From assembly GCA_034190055.1 (NCBI GenBank), contig JAXHTT010000003.1:2721-66720 (forward strand): DNA of 64,000 nt, given 5' to 3'. This DNA is from Pseudomonadota bacterium (GTDB lineage Bacteria > Pseudomonadota > Gammaproteobacteria > Enterobacterales > Alteromonadaceae). Made by a program: the position numbers and the translations under genes. The notes below the pieces were generated by a model, which saw only the letters and a program-made list of their open reading frames with translations, was not told the origin of the DNA and ran no database searches. Position 1 is the first letter of the stretch, and every line of letters begins with the position of its first letter. Below, in pieces: positions 19,985-29,081 of this stretch.

Positions 19985-22558
19985 TTGGTGCAGAACAGTG
20001 AGAGGCAGCAGAATAAAGAGAAAGTAAGCGAAGGGTGTATTGCAGTGCGCGGCGCCCGTGTACATAACTTAAAAAATATCAGTATCGATATACCGCGAAA
20101 TGAAGTGGTGGTGTTTACCGGTGTATCTGGCTCAGGAAAATCTTCTTTGGCTTTCGGTACGCTTTACGCAGAAGCTCAGCACCGCTATTTAGATTCGATA
20201 TCACCTTATGCAAGGCGACTAATTGAGCAGGTGGAGAAACCTGACGTAGACGCGATTGACGGCTTACCGCCTGCTGTGGGCCTGCACCAGCGCCGGGGCG
20301 CACCTTCAGTTCGTTCTTCCGTTGGCAGTATCACCACGCTTTCTAATAGTCTGCGAATGCTTTATTCCCGGGCCGGGGATTATCCCAAAGGGCAGAGCAT
20401 TGTCTACGCAGACGGGTTTTCTCCTAATACGCCAGAAGGTGCATGTGAACACTGTGACGGTATTGGAAAAGTTTTTGACACACAAGCTCATCGCCTTGTA
20501 CCCGATGATAGCCTGACTATACGGGAGGGCGCTGTGGCAGCGTGGCCTGGCGCGTGGCAGGGTAAAAACCTTGTTAGGGTACTGTTATCGCTAGATATTG
20601 ATGTGGATATTCCATGGCGTGAACTGCCTCGAAAAACGCGCGACTGGATCCTATACACCGACGAAATGCCGCAGCTACCTGTCTATCGAAACTATAATCT
20701 AGCGCAAACCCGTAAAGCGCAACAAGAAGGTGAACCTGCCAGCTACAATGGCAAGTTTATCAGCGCGCGGCGTCATGTGCTTGATACCTTCAAAACGTCT
20801 CAAAAAGAGAAAATGAAGCAGCGAATCGCTCCCTTCATATCTGTTGAAGCATGTCCGGTCTGTCGAGGAAAAAAGCTTAAGCAAAATGCGCTGGCAGTGA
20901 AAGTTGATGGCTTAGATATTATTGATTTTTCAAGGCTGCCACTACAGCAAGTTCACGAAAAGCTTCAGGCGTTAAGAAATTCAGTCGACGGCGATACTTC
21001 AGAGCGTGGTCAGATAATACGCAATATTACGGGCGACATTATTGAAAGAGTAAAATCGATAATAGCGCTTGGGCTTCATTACCTGTCGTTAGATAGAAGT
21101 ACGACAAGTATCTCAGTAGGCGAGCTACAGCGATTGCGTCTGGCGACTCAACTTAAATCAAACTTATTTGGCGTTGTCTTTGTGATGGATGAACCCTCAT
21201 CAGGTCTTCACCCTCGCGATGTAGAAGGTCTTATTCACGCGCTTCACAACATTACCAAAACGGGAAATTCACTGCTCGTTGTCGAGCACAACCCTTACGT
21301 TATCAAAGGCGCTAACTGGGTTGTAGACGTAGGGCCGAGGGCTGGGGTGAACGGCGGTGAGCTTGTATATAGTGGGCCGGTTAACAAACTAGCGAGCACA
21401 AAAAACTCCCCAACGGCAGACTATGTTTTTAACAATAAAGCCCTAAGCCAGCGTATAAAACGCAAATCATCAGGGGTATTGCGTTTAAAAGACGTGTCTA
21501 GAAATAATGTCAGCCATGTTGATATTGATATTCCACTTGGTGTGATGACCTGTGTCACTGGCGTTTCCGGCTCTGGGAAGTCGAGTTTGATTAGCCAAGC
21601 ATTGGTTGAGTTAGTCAAAGATGGTTTAAACTCTGCTGAGAAAGAAGGGAAGCGAGCGCAAGAAACGAGAGAAACGAAAGAACTGCTTACTGACGCCAAT
21701 TTACTTCTTGCTCAAGACGCTTTTTCTCATGAAACTGAGCCGCAGCAAGGCTATGTTGAAAGCGGGCTTGATGAGTTAAGTCGTATAGTTGTGGTAGATC
21801 AGTCTCCCATCGGCAGGACACCTCGTTCAACATTGGCAACCTATACCGGCATATTTGATCAAATCAGAAGTTTATTTGCTTCAACCGAAGAAGCGAAAGC
21901 CCGTGGGTACGATGCGGGTCATTTTTCGTTTAACGTCGCAAAAGGGCGATGCCCACATTGTGAAGGCTTGGGTGTGGTATCGGTAGAACTACTGTTTATG
22001 CCGAGTGTTTATTCGCCCTGTACTGTTTGTAACGGTCAGCGATTCAACGATAACGTACTGGAAGTTGGTTACAACGAACACTCTATTGCTGATGTACTAT
22101 CGCTTACGGTTGAAGAAGCGCTATCTGTATTTAATAGTAATCAAGTCATTACGCGGGGGCTTCAAACACTAATGAATGTAGGGCTTGGCTATTTAACCCT
22201 GGGGCAAAGTGCCACTGAGTTATCAGGCGGCGAGGCGCAGCGCATTAAATTAGCGTCAGAACTTAAACGTGCTCAAAATGCTAATTCCCTATACGTCCTT
22301 GATGAACCTACAACCGGTTTACACCTCTCAGACACTTCGCTACTTATGCAGCATTTAACCACGCTAGTTGAAGCGGGGAATACGGTGGTGATGGTTGAGC
22401 ACAATATGCAGGTAGCTGGGGCTTGCGATCACATTATAGATATGGGGCCAGGCGCAGGTGATGAGGGAGGAGAAATCGTTGCAGAGGGTAGCCCAGAGGA
22501 GGTTGCTGATGTCCAACAAAGTGCAACAGCCCCATTTTTGAAGGCGAGTTTGGCCTAG
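19985..22558 (+). CDS. UvrA paralogue (class II / UvrA2-like ABC ATPase lacking the UvrB-binding domain)
   Basis: 857 aa with two Walker A motifs (GVSGSGKSS twice), two ABC signatures (SVGELQR, LSGGEAQR) and Zn modules (CEHCDGIG, CPVCRGKK, CPHCEGLG...CTVCNG). The ~130-aa segment between the LRMLYSRAG-type helix and the first CxxC...G motif of E. coli UvrA is collapsed to ~20 aa. The start may be GTG 19988 (AGGTGA 4 nt upstream). Confidence 0.9.
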   Translation: MVQNSERQQNKEKVSEGCIAVRGARVHNLKNISIDIPRNEVVVFTGVSGSGKSSLAFGTLYAEAQHRYLDSISPYARRLIEQVEKPDVDAIDGLPPAVGLHQRRGAPSVRSSVGSITTLSNSLRMLYSRAGDYPKGQSIVYADGFSPNTPEGACEHCDGIGKVFDTQAHRLVPDDSLTIREGAVAAWPGAWQGKNLVRVLLSLDIDVDIPWRELPRKTRDWILYTDEMPQLPVYRNYNLAQTRKAQQEGEPASYNGKFISARRHVLDTFKTSQKEKMKQRIAPFISVEACPVCRGKKLKQNALAVKVDGLDIIDFSRLPLQQVHEKLQALRNSVDGDTSERGQIIRNITGDIIERVKSIIALGLHYLSLDRSTTSISVGELQRLRLATQLKSNLFGVVFVMDEPSSGLHPRDVEGLIHALHNITKTGNSLLVVEHNPYVIKGANWVVDVGPRAGVNGGELVYSGPVNKLASTKNSPTADYVFNNKALSQRIKRKSSGVLRLKDVSRNNVSHVDIDIPLGVMTCVTGVSGSGKSSLISQALVELVKDGLNSAEKEGKRAQETRETKELLTDANLLLAQDAFSHETEPQQGYVESGLDELSRIVVVDQSPIGRTPRSTLATYTGIFDQIRSLFASTEEAKARGYDAGHFSFNVAKGRCPHCEGLGVVSVELLFMPSVYSPCTVCNGQRFNDNVLEVGYNEHSIADVLSLTVEEALSVFNSNQVITRGLQTLMNVGLGYLTLGQSATELSGGEAQRIKLASELKRAQNANSLYVLDEPTTGLHLSDTSLLMQHLTTLVEAGNTVVMVEHNMQVAGACDHIIDMGPGAGDEGGEIVAEGSPEEVADVQQSATAPFLKASLA

Positions 22559-22772
22559 AGAAAGGTTTTCACTGGATGAGTTCTGTTTGAATGATCTTAG
22601 AAATAAGCAGGTTTTAAAGCTATCAGAGTACTAGTAAGCCGACTAAGAAACTGCTTAATCTCCTGTTTGTACCTTATAAAGAAATATTAATTAAAGAGTG
22701 TTTCATATTTTGCAATACAGTGTGGTGAAAACTGCGGTTGACTTATAGACGTCTATACGGCAAATTGCCTGT

Positions 22773-22844
22773 ATGAAAAAGATTCTACTTACTCGCACCA
22801 CCATTATGTTAATTACCACCTTAAAAAGGGCGGTCGCTGACTAG
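22773..22844 (+). CDS. thrL: thr operon leader peptide
   Basis: 23-codon ORF MKKILLTRTTIMLITTLKRAVAD, with a Thr/Ile-rich core (TRTTIMLITT). A terminator hairpin follows directly, and thrA starts about 95 nt downstream. Confidence 0.8.
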   Translation: MKKILLTRTTIMLITTLKRAVAD

Positions 22845-22867
22845 TGCAAGTAAGCAAAAGACAACGA

Positions 22868-22899
22868 AAGCCCGCCTAACACAGAGCGGGCTTTTTTTT
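22868..22899 (+). terminator. thr attenuator (rho-independent terminator between thrL and thrA)
   Basis: AAGCCCGC-(10 nt)-GCGGGCTT followed by an 8-nt T-run. It is positioned as in the E. coli thr leader. Confidence 0.8.
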
Positions 22900-22937
22900 A
22901 CACACGTTTTAGCATGCGTAACCTTAAGGAGCAGCAT

Positions 22938-25403
22938 ATGAAAGTCTTAAAGTTTGGGGGTTCTTCTTTAGCCGATGCACCGCGATACATGCGCGTTATG
23001 GAAATTAGCACGGCAACCCACCAAACCGACGGTGCTGCGGTTGTACTTTCTGCCCCAAAGGGGGTAACGAACGCGCTTTCACTACTTTGTGAACAAGCAG
23101 CCGCGGGTGAAGATTTCCAGCCATTATTCGATAAGTTGAACGATACGGTTACGGGCATTGCCAACGACCTGAACGATGAACTCGACGGGTTTGAGCACGC
23201 AAGCGTGGTGGAGTTTATCAGTAGCCACTTATCGGTATTAAAGCAGCACCTTGAAGGTATTAAGCTGCTTGGTGTTGCACCTGATAATGTTGCTGCCGGT
23301 ATTCTAAGTATTGGTGAATACATCTCGGTGACGCTATTTAGCGCTATGCTATCTGCCAAAGGTATTGCAAATCGCGTTATCGACCCTGTTAAATATGTGC
23401 TTGCCGAGGGCGATTACCTAGACAGTATTGCTGACGTATCGTTAAGCAAAGCGCGTTTTTCAGATGTGCCTAGCGATGGTAGCGAGTTTTTGATCATGCC
23501 CGGGTTTGTTGCTGTAAACGAAGCAGGCGAAAAAGTAACCCTAGGACGCAATGGTTCTGACTATTCAGCGGCTATCTTGGCAGCCTGTATTGACGCAAGC
23601 TGTTGTGAAATCTGGACAGACGTAGATGGCGTTTATAACGCTGACCCCAACCAAGTGGAAGGTGCGGTACTGCTGGATAAGCTTACCTATCAAGAAGCGA
23701 TGGAACTGTCTTATTTTGGCGCAAAAGTACTTCACCCTAAAACTATCGGCCCTATTGCCCAACACCACATTCCTTGTTTGATCAGAAATACGTTAAACCC
23801 GGCAGCCCCTGGTACGCTAATCAGCAATGAAAAAAGTGAAGTGTGGACGTCGGTTAAAGGTATTTCACAGCTTGATAATGTCACTATGTTCAATGTGGCA
23901 GGCCCTGGTCTTAAAGGCATGGTTGGCATGGCGAGTCGTGTGTTTGAGGTGATGTCTAACGCCAATATTTCAATTAGCCTTATTACTCAGTCGTCTTCGG
24001 AATACTCGATTAGTTTTTGTATTCAAAGCAAAGACGCCAGCCGTGCATTAACGCTACTTGAAGATGCATTTGCGCTAGAACTACAAAACCAGCTGCTGGA
24101 CCCTATTGAAGTGCGTCACGACTTGGCCATTGTTACTTTGGTTGGTGACGGTATGCGTCAAACTAAAGGCTTGGCAGCGCGCTTCTTTAACTCGCTTGCT
24201 CAAGCGCGAGTAAACAACGTAGCTATTGCACAAGGCTCTTCAGAGCGCTCTATTTCAACGGTAATTGAAAGCAAGCGTGCCAAGAAAGCGGTTAAGGTTA
24301 TTCACCAGAATTTTTTCTCTGATCGCCATACCATAGACGTATTTCTAGTAGGGTGTGGCAATGTAGGAACCGAGCTGCTTGGCCAAATTCAAAAGCAGCA
24401 GCCAGCACTTTTAAAACGTAATATTCAGCTACGCGTTTATGGTATTGCCAATAGCCGTAAATTGCTGTTGAACAGTCAAGGTATTGATTTAAGCAGCGAT
24501 TGGAATGCGGCACTTGATTCTGCAAGTGAAGGCTTGAGTGTAGAGCGTCTGCATCAGTTTGCGAACGATAACAGTTTGGTCAACCCGGTGATTGTTGATT
24601 GTACTAGCCATGAAGCCATCGCTAATCAGTACGTCGATATGATGGAAAGCGGCTTTCACGTAGTGACGCCTAACAAAAAGGCTAACACTTCCGCTATGTC
24701 TTATTATCGGAAGCTGCGTAAAACGGCACTTGCTACAAACCGTCAGTACCTTTATGAGACGACAGTGGGCGCGGGTCTTCCTGTTATCGACAACCTACAA
24801 AAACTATTCAGTGCAGGTGATGTGCTACATCGTTTTGAAGGTATTCTTTCAGGCAGTCTATCTTACGTATTCGGTAAGCTTGAAGAGGGCATGAGCCTGT
24901 CGCAAGCGACACAAACGGCTAAAGACAATGGTTTTACCGAGCCAGACCCGCGCGACGATTTAAGCGGTATGGACGTAGCGCGTAAGTTACTTATTATGGC
25001 CCGTGAAGCCGATTTAGAGCTTGAGCTTTCTGATATAGAAATTGAGTCGGTACTGCCTGCGGGATTTGCAGAAGACTGTTCTATCGACGAATTTATGCAG
25101 CAGCTACCTGAGTTAGATGCTGCGATGAATGAAAAAGTTGAGGCGGCTAAAGCGGCAGGCAAAGTGCTTCGCTATATTGGCAGCATTGAAGATGGAAAGT
25201 GCAAAGTTAGTGTACAGGCCGTACCTGCTAGCAATCCGCTTTCTCAGGTGAAAGACGGCGAGAATGCGCTGGCGATTAATAGCGACTACTACAGCCCAAT
25301 TCCTTATGTAATCAGAGGATACGGTGCAGGTGGTACGGTTACCGCGGCAGGGGTATTTGCCGACATTTTACGTACTATGCCGTGGAAACAGATGGCTCAT
25401 TAA
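22938..25403 (+). CDS. thrA: bifunctional aspartokinase I / homoserine dehydrogenase I
   Basis: Collinear with E. coli ThrA as remembered (MKVLKFGGSS, LGRNGSDYSAA.LAAC, CEIWTDVDGVY, MELSYFGAKVLHP). ATG 22938 is preferred over the track start at 22914. Confidence 0.96.
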   Translation: MKVLKFGGSSLADAPRYMRVMEISTATHQTDGAAVVLSAPKGVTNALSLLCEQAAAGEDFQPLFDKLNDTVTGIANDLNDELDGFEHASVVEFISSHLSVLKQHLEGIKLLGVAPDNVAAGILSIGEYISVTLFSAMLSAKGIANRVIDPVKYVLAEGDYLDSIADVSLSKARFSDVPSDGSEFLIMPGFVAVNEAGEKVTLGRNGSDYSAAILAACIDASCCEIWTDVDGVYNADPNQVEGAVLLDKLTYQEAMELSYFGAKVLHPKTIGPIAQHHIPCLIRNTLNPAAPGTLISNEKSEVWTSVKGISQLDNVTMFNVAGPGLKGMVGMASRVFEVMSNANISISLITQSSSEYSISFCIQSKDASRALTLLEDAFALELQNQLLDPIEVRHDLAIVTLVGDGMRQTKGLAARFFNSLAQARVNNVAIAQGSSERSISTVIESKRAKKAVKVIHQNFFSDRHTIDVFLVGCGNVGTELLGQIQKQQPALLKRNIQLRVYGIANSRKLLLNSQGIDLSSDWNAALDSASEGLSVERLHQFANDNSLVNPVIVDCTSHEAIANQYVDMMESGFHVVTPNKKANTSAMSYYRKLRKTALATNRQYLYETTVGAGLPVIDNLQKLFSAGDVLHRFEGILSGSLSYVFGKLEEGMSLSQATQTAKDNGFTEPDPRDDLSGMDVARKLLIMAREADLELELSDIEIESVLPAGFAEDCSIDEFMQQLPELDAAMNEKVEAAKAAGKVLRYIGSIEDGKCKVSVQAVPASNPLSQVKDGENALAINSDYYSPIPYVIRGYGAGGTVTAAGVFADILRTMPWKQMAH

Positions 25404-25449
25404 TGGCTAATTTAGTTAGCTATGTCGCAAGCGAAGTAAGAGAAATTAT

Positions 25450-26394
25450 ATGAAAGCATTCAAGGCCTTTGCGCCGGCATCAATTGGAAATGTAAGCTTA
25501 GGCTTTGACGTACTTGGCGCGGCGCTTGCGCCGGTTGACGGCACCAAGCTTGGTGATGAAGTTGAAATAAAAGCGGCAGAATCATTTTCATTAGAAACCG
25601 TGGGGCGCTTTGCCCACAAACTTCCGGATGATGCAGATAGCAATATTGTCACTAAGTGCTACCACTATTTTTGTGAGCAGATGGAAAAAGCGGGAAAGCC
25701 AACGTCTCCTGTTGCACTAACGCTACATAAAAACCTACCTATTGGTAGTGGTCTAGGTTCAAGCGCTAGCTCTATTGTGGCAGCGTTTGCGGCACTCAAT
25801 GCTTACTTCGATACGCCATTTGATGAAGATACGCTACTTATTATGATGGGTGAGCTAGAAGGTCAAATAAGCGGTAGTATTCACTACGATAACGTTGCGC
25901 CATGTTACTTAGGTGGTATGACTTTGATGACAGGTAGTGACGCGCCGGTCACACTGTCTTTACCTCTTAACGATGACTGGTACTATGCAGTGTGCTATTC
26001 GGGCATTAGCGTATCGACGGCAGCAGCGCGTGACATCTTGCCTAAGCAGGTGGATATGGCGACGGCACTTACCTTTGGCCGACAACTTGGCGTGTTTGTA
26101 CATGCCTTACACGCGGGTAACTTTGACTTGGCGGCGTCGGTAATGAAAGATGTTATTGCCGAGCCTTACAGAAAATCGCTACTGCCAGGTTTTGATGAAG
26201 CTCGCGCGTTTAGCGAGCAAGCCGGAGCACTAGCTTTTGGCATTTCAGGCTCAGGACCAACGGTGTTTGCCGTATGTCCAAGTAAGACGCAAGCGGAAGA
26301 AGTCGCAGCATATCTAACCGCGAACTACATTCAAAATGAAGATGGCTTTAGCCATGTGTGCCAAATACCAAGCCAAGGCACCATTGTTTCTTAA
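25450..26394 (+). CDS. thrB: homoserine kinase
   Basis: 314 aa with APASIGNVSLGFDVLG and the GHMP kinase motif PIGSGLGSSASS. Confidence 0.95.
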   Translation: MKAFKAFAPASIGNVSLGFDVLGAALAPVDGTKLGDEVEIKAAESFSLETVGRFAHKLPDDADSNIVTKCYHYFCEQMEKAGKPTSPVALTLHKNLPIGSGLGSSASSIVAAFAALNAYFDTPFDEDTLLIMMGELEGQISGSIHYDNVAPCYLGGMTLMTGSDAPVTLSLPLNDDWYYAVCYSGISVSTAAARDILPKQVDMATALTFGRQLGVFVHALHAGNFDLAASVMKDVIAEPYRKSLLPGFDEARAFSEQAGALAFGISGSGPTVFAVCPSKTQAEEVAAYLTANYIQNEDGFSHVCQIPSQGTIVS

Positions 26395-26512
26395 GGTATA
26401 TAGCTTTTTAAGGTGCATGGTTTCTTAAAGGCAAATGATTTCCTGAAAGCACAATAATTTTTTAAAAGATTAAAAGGGCAGAGTACTTGCCCACATAAAA
26501 AGGTAACAGCAA

Positions 26513-27796
26513 GTGGAATTGGTAAATTTAAAAGATTCATCGGACACAGCAAATTTTGCTGAAGCCGTTAAGCGGGGCTTAGGTAAAAACCAAGGGCTTT
26601 ATTTTCCAGAGCATATTCCCACTCTAGATAATATTGACGAATTGTTGGAAAAGCCATTTGTAGAGCGCAGTATTGAAGTACTACGCGCGCTTATCGGCGA
26701 TGAGCTGAATAATGGCGAGCTAGAAGAAATTGTTCAGACCGCATTTGCTTTTGGTGCACCAGTCGAGCAGGTCAACGATAACGTATACTGCTTAGAGCTT
26801 TTCCACGGGCCAACGCTTGCGTTTAAAGACTTTGGCGGCCGCTTTATGGCGCAAACCCTGTCGCGTATTAGCGAAGGCAAGCCAGTCACCATTCTAACAG
26901 CAACATCAGGTGATACAGGTGCCGCTGTTGCTCACGCGTTCCACGGTATTGATAACATCAACGTGGTTATCTTATTCCCTAAAGGCAAGATAAGTGCGCT
27001 TCAGGAAAAGCTATTCACTACACTAGGCGGTAACATTCATACCGTTGCTGTAGAGTCAGACTTCGATGCGTGCCAATCGTTAGTGAAAACCGCGTTTGAC
27101 GACCCTGATGTGCGTGAAGGTCTTCACTTAAACTCAGCAAACTCAATCAATATCAGCCGTTTATTGGCGCAAGTTTGCTATTACTTTGAAGCGGTAAGTC
27201 AGCTGCCTAAAGAGAAGCGCGATCAACTTGTTATTTCAGTACCTAGCGGTAACTTTGGTAACCTGACTGCTGGTATGATTGCTAAATCCCTAGGTCTACC
27301 AATTAAGCGTTTTATCGCGGCAACTAACCTAAACGATACCGTACCTCGCTACCTTAAAACCGGCGAGTGGGACCCTAAAGCGACCGTTGCAACTATGTCT
27401 AATGCAATGGATGTTAGCCAACCAAATAACTGGCCGCGTATTGAGGCGCTTATTGAGCGTGGTTACATCGACAAAGCGTGTCTTAAAGGTGAGATGGTTG
27501 ACGAAGAGTATACCCAGCTTGCTATGCGTCAATTAGCGCAACAAGGCTATACCAGCGAGCCACATGCCGCTATTGCCTATCGCGCAGTAAGTCACGACTT
27601 AGAAGAGGGTGAAATAGGCCTGTTTTTAGGAACGGCCCACCCAGCTAAGTTCAGAGAGACAGTAGAAAACGTGTTAGGTAATCCTATTAGCCTACCTAAA
27701 GCGTTAGCTGACGTAGCGGGTGAAGACAGCCTAGCGGTAGACTTACCTGCGTCTTACGATGCGCTTAAACAGCACATGATGGATTTGCTGAAGTAA
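26513..27796 (+). CDS. thrC: threonine synthase
   Basis: 427 aa. The GTG start aligns with the E. coli ThrC N-terminus (M.L.NLKD...[10 protein letters not shown]), and the PLP-lysine region is [15 protein letters not shown]. Confidence 0.95.
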   Translation: MELVNLKDSSDTANFAEAVKRGLGKNQGLYFPEHIPTLDNIDELLEKPFVERSIEVLRALIGDELNNGELEEIVQTAFAFGAPVEQVNDNVYCLELFHGPTLAFKDFGGRFMAQTLSRISEGKPVTILTATSGDTGAAVAHAFHGIDNINVVILFPKGKISALQEKLFTTLGGNIHTVAVESDFDACQSLVKTAFDDPDVREGLHLNSANSINISRLLAQVCYYFEAVSQLPKEKRDQLVISVPSGNFGNLTAGMIAKSLGLPIKRFIAATNLNDTVPRYLKTGEWDPKATVATMSNAMDVSQPNNWPRIEALIERGYIDKACLKGEMVDEEYTQLAMRQLAQQGYTSEPHAAIAYRAVSHDLEEGEIGLFLGTAHPAKFRETVENVLGNPISLPKALADVAGEDSLAVDLPASYDALKQHMMDLLK

Positions 27797-28467
27797 TGAC
27801 ATCATCTGTATCAACATGGCAAAGCACGCTAGGTGATGAAAAACAAAAAGACTATTTTGTTGAATTGCTTGAGCGGGTGAAAAACGCTCGTGAAGCGGGT
27901 AGTGTTATCTACCCGCCCCAGTCCGACGTGTTTAATGCACTCAAATACACACCGCTTGATAAGGTTAAAGTCGTGATCTTGGGGCAAGATCCTTATCACG
28001 GACCTAATCAAGCACACGGACTATGTTTTTCAGTAAAAGCGGGCGTTAAAACGCCGCCATCTCTGAAGAACATGTATAAAGAATTGTCAGTCGATATAGA
28101 CGGTTTTAGCGAGCCTAACCACGGCACACTTACACCTTGGGCAGAACAAGGCGTTCTCTTGCTCAATACTGTATTGACAGTTGAGCAGGGGAAAGCACAT
28201 AGCCATGCTAAATGGGGCTGGGAAACCTTCACCGATAAGGTTATCGATGTCGTCAACGAGCACTGCCACAACGTAGTATTTCTTTTGTGGGGAAGTCACG
28301 CGCAAAAGAAAGGTAAGCACATAGACCGTGAAAAACACCACGTCTTACATGCACCCCATCCGTCTCCGCTTTCAGCGCATAGAGGCTTCTTTGGTTGTAA
28401 GCACTTCAGCCAAACCAATCAATACTTGCTCGACAAAGGTAAAACGCCGATCACGTGGCAGGTATAG
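27796..28467 (+). CDS. ung: uracil-DNA glycosylase
   Basis: 223 aa with the family-1 UDG motifs GQDPYHGP and HPSPLS. Its ATG overlaps the thrC TAA stop (TAATG). Confidence 0.95.
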   Translation: MTSSVSTWQSTLGDEKQKDYFVELLERVKNAREAGSVIYPPQSDVFNALKYTPLDKVKVVILGQDPYHGPNQAHGLCFSVKAGVKTPPSLKNMYKELSVDIDGFSEPNHGTLTPWAEQGVLLLNTVLTVEQGKAHSHAKWGWETFTDKVIDVVNEHCHNVVFLLWGSHAQKKGKHIDREKHHVLHAPHPSPLSAHRGFFGCKHFSQTNQYLLDKGKTPITWQV

Positions 28468-28510
28468 CGTTAGCTTTTACGCTAAGCATTTACACCATGC
28501 TAGAAAGTAA

Positions 28511-28539
28511 AAAGGCCGCCTGTATTACAGGCGGCCTTT
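28511..28539. terminator. bidirectional terminator shared by ung and the DUF3545 mini-gene
   Basis: AAAGGCCGCCTG-TATTA-CAGGCGGCCTTT: a 12-bp stem. Confidence 0.75.
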
Positions 28540-28542
28540 AAT

Positions 28543-28719
28543 TTATCTTTCCAGTGTTTCTAGCTCGTACTCAAAACCACAGTCGAGTTCGGCAAGTTCT
28601 TTTTCTAATTTGTAGCGATCTTGTAGCGCTTCGATTTCTCTCCACTTACGTTTTTTGCTTTTGGTTTTTGCTGGGCTTGCTTCGATGTCTAACATGGCAA
28701 ATAGATCTGATTTATCCAC
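28543..28719 (-). CDS. DUF3545-like small protein (58 aa; below the ORF-track cutoff)
   Basis: Minus-strand ORF VDKSDLFAMLDIEASPAKTKSKKRKWREIEALQDRYKLEKELAELDCGFEYELETLER*, with GGAG 5-6 nt upstream of GTG 28719. The KRKWREIEA...D pattern is remembered from DUF3545 proteins of Vibrio and Alteromonas. A terminator lies immediately downstream. Confidence 0.6.
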   Translation of the reverse strand: MDKSDLFAMLDIEASPAKTKSKKRKWREIEALQDRYKLEKELAELDCGFEYELETLER

Positions 28720-28996
28720 TGGGATCTCCTTTTTATACCACTACAACTAATACAGAGTTTTTTGTTTTTAATTCCCTCTGTACAATTTTGTATCACAGCC
28801 GCCACTAAAATAAAATAGTTTAATTTACCTTTTATTAACAAATTGTGACGATATGATGACAAGGGTAAGGAAAGCTCAGTGTGTTTGAAGCGTAAACAAT
28901 AACTGTATGTATTTGATCCTATTTGTTTTATTAGTAATCAATAATACAGTGCTACGGATATCGAAAGTATCTGTCGTATAGTCGATGAATACCGCA

Positions 28997-29032
28997 ACAA
29001 AAAACGGCTAGCTTCCGAAAAAGCTAGCCGTT
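28997..29032 (-). terminator. rho-independent terminator of the tal-pgi operon
   Basis: On the minus strand it reads AACGGCTAGCTT-TTTCGG-AAGCTAGCCGTT followed by TTTTTGTTG. Confidence 0.75.
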
Positions 29033-29081
29033 CAGTTTGTTATTTGCACCAGGTGGGTGATTTTAAATCACCTCGCATTCC

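Noticed and set aside
22898-23359. 153-aa ORF antisense to thrA, together with similar antisense or shadow ORFs (23565-23965, 24298-24525, 24863-25162, 25446-25652)
   Set aside because: These lie entirely inside the strongly supported thrA/thrB reading frames. They are Ser/Ala/Pro-rich low-complexity translations typical of the reverse strand of a real gene, with no SD and no motifs.
28554-28808. 84-aa plus-strand ORF downstream of ung
   Set aside because: It starts inside the ung terminator region and has no SD. It is a hydrophobic nonsense-like sequence, and it is antisense to the better-supported DUF3545-like mini-gene.
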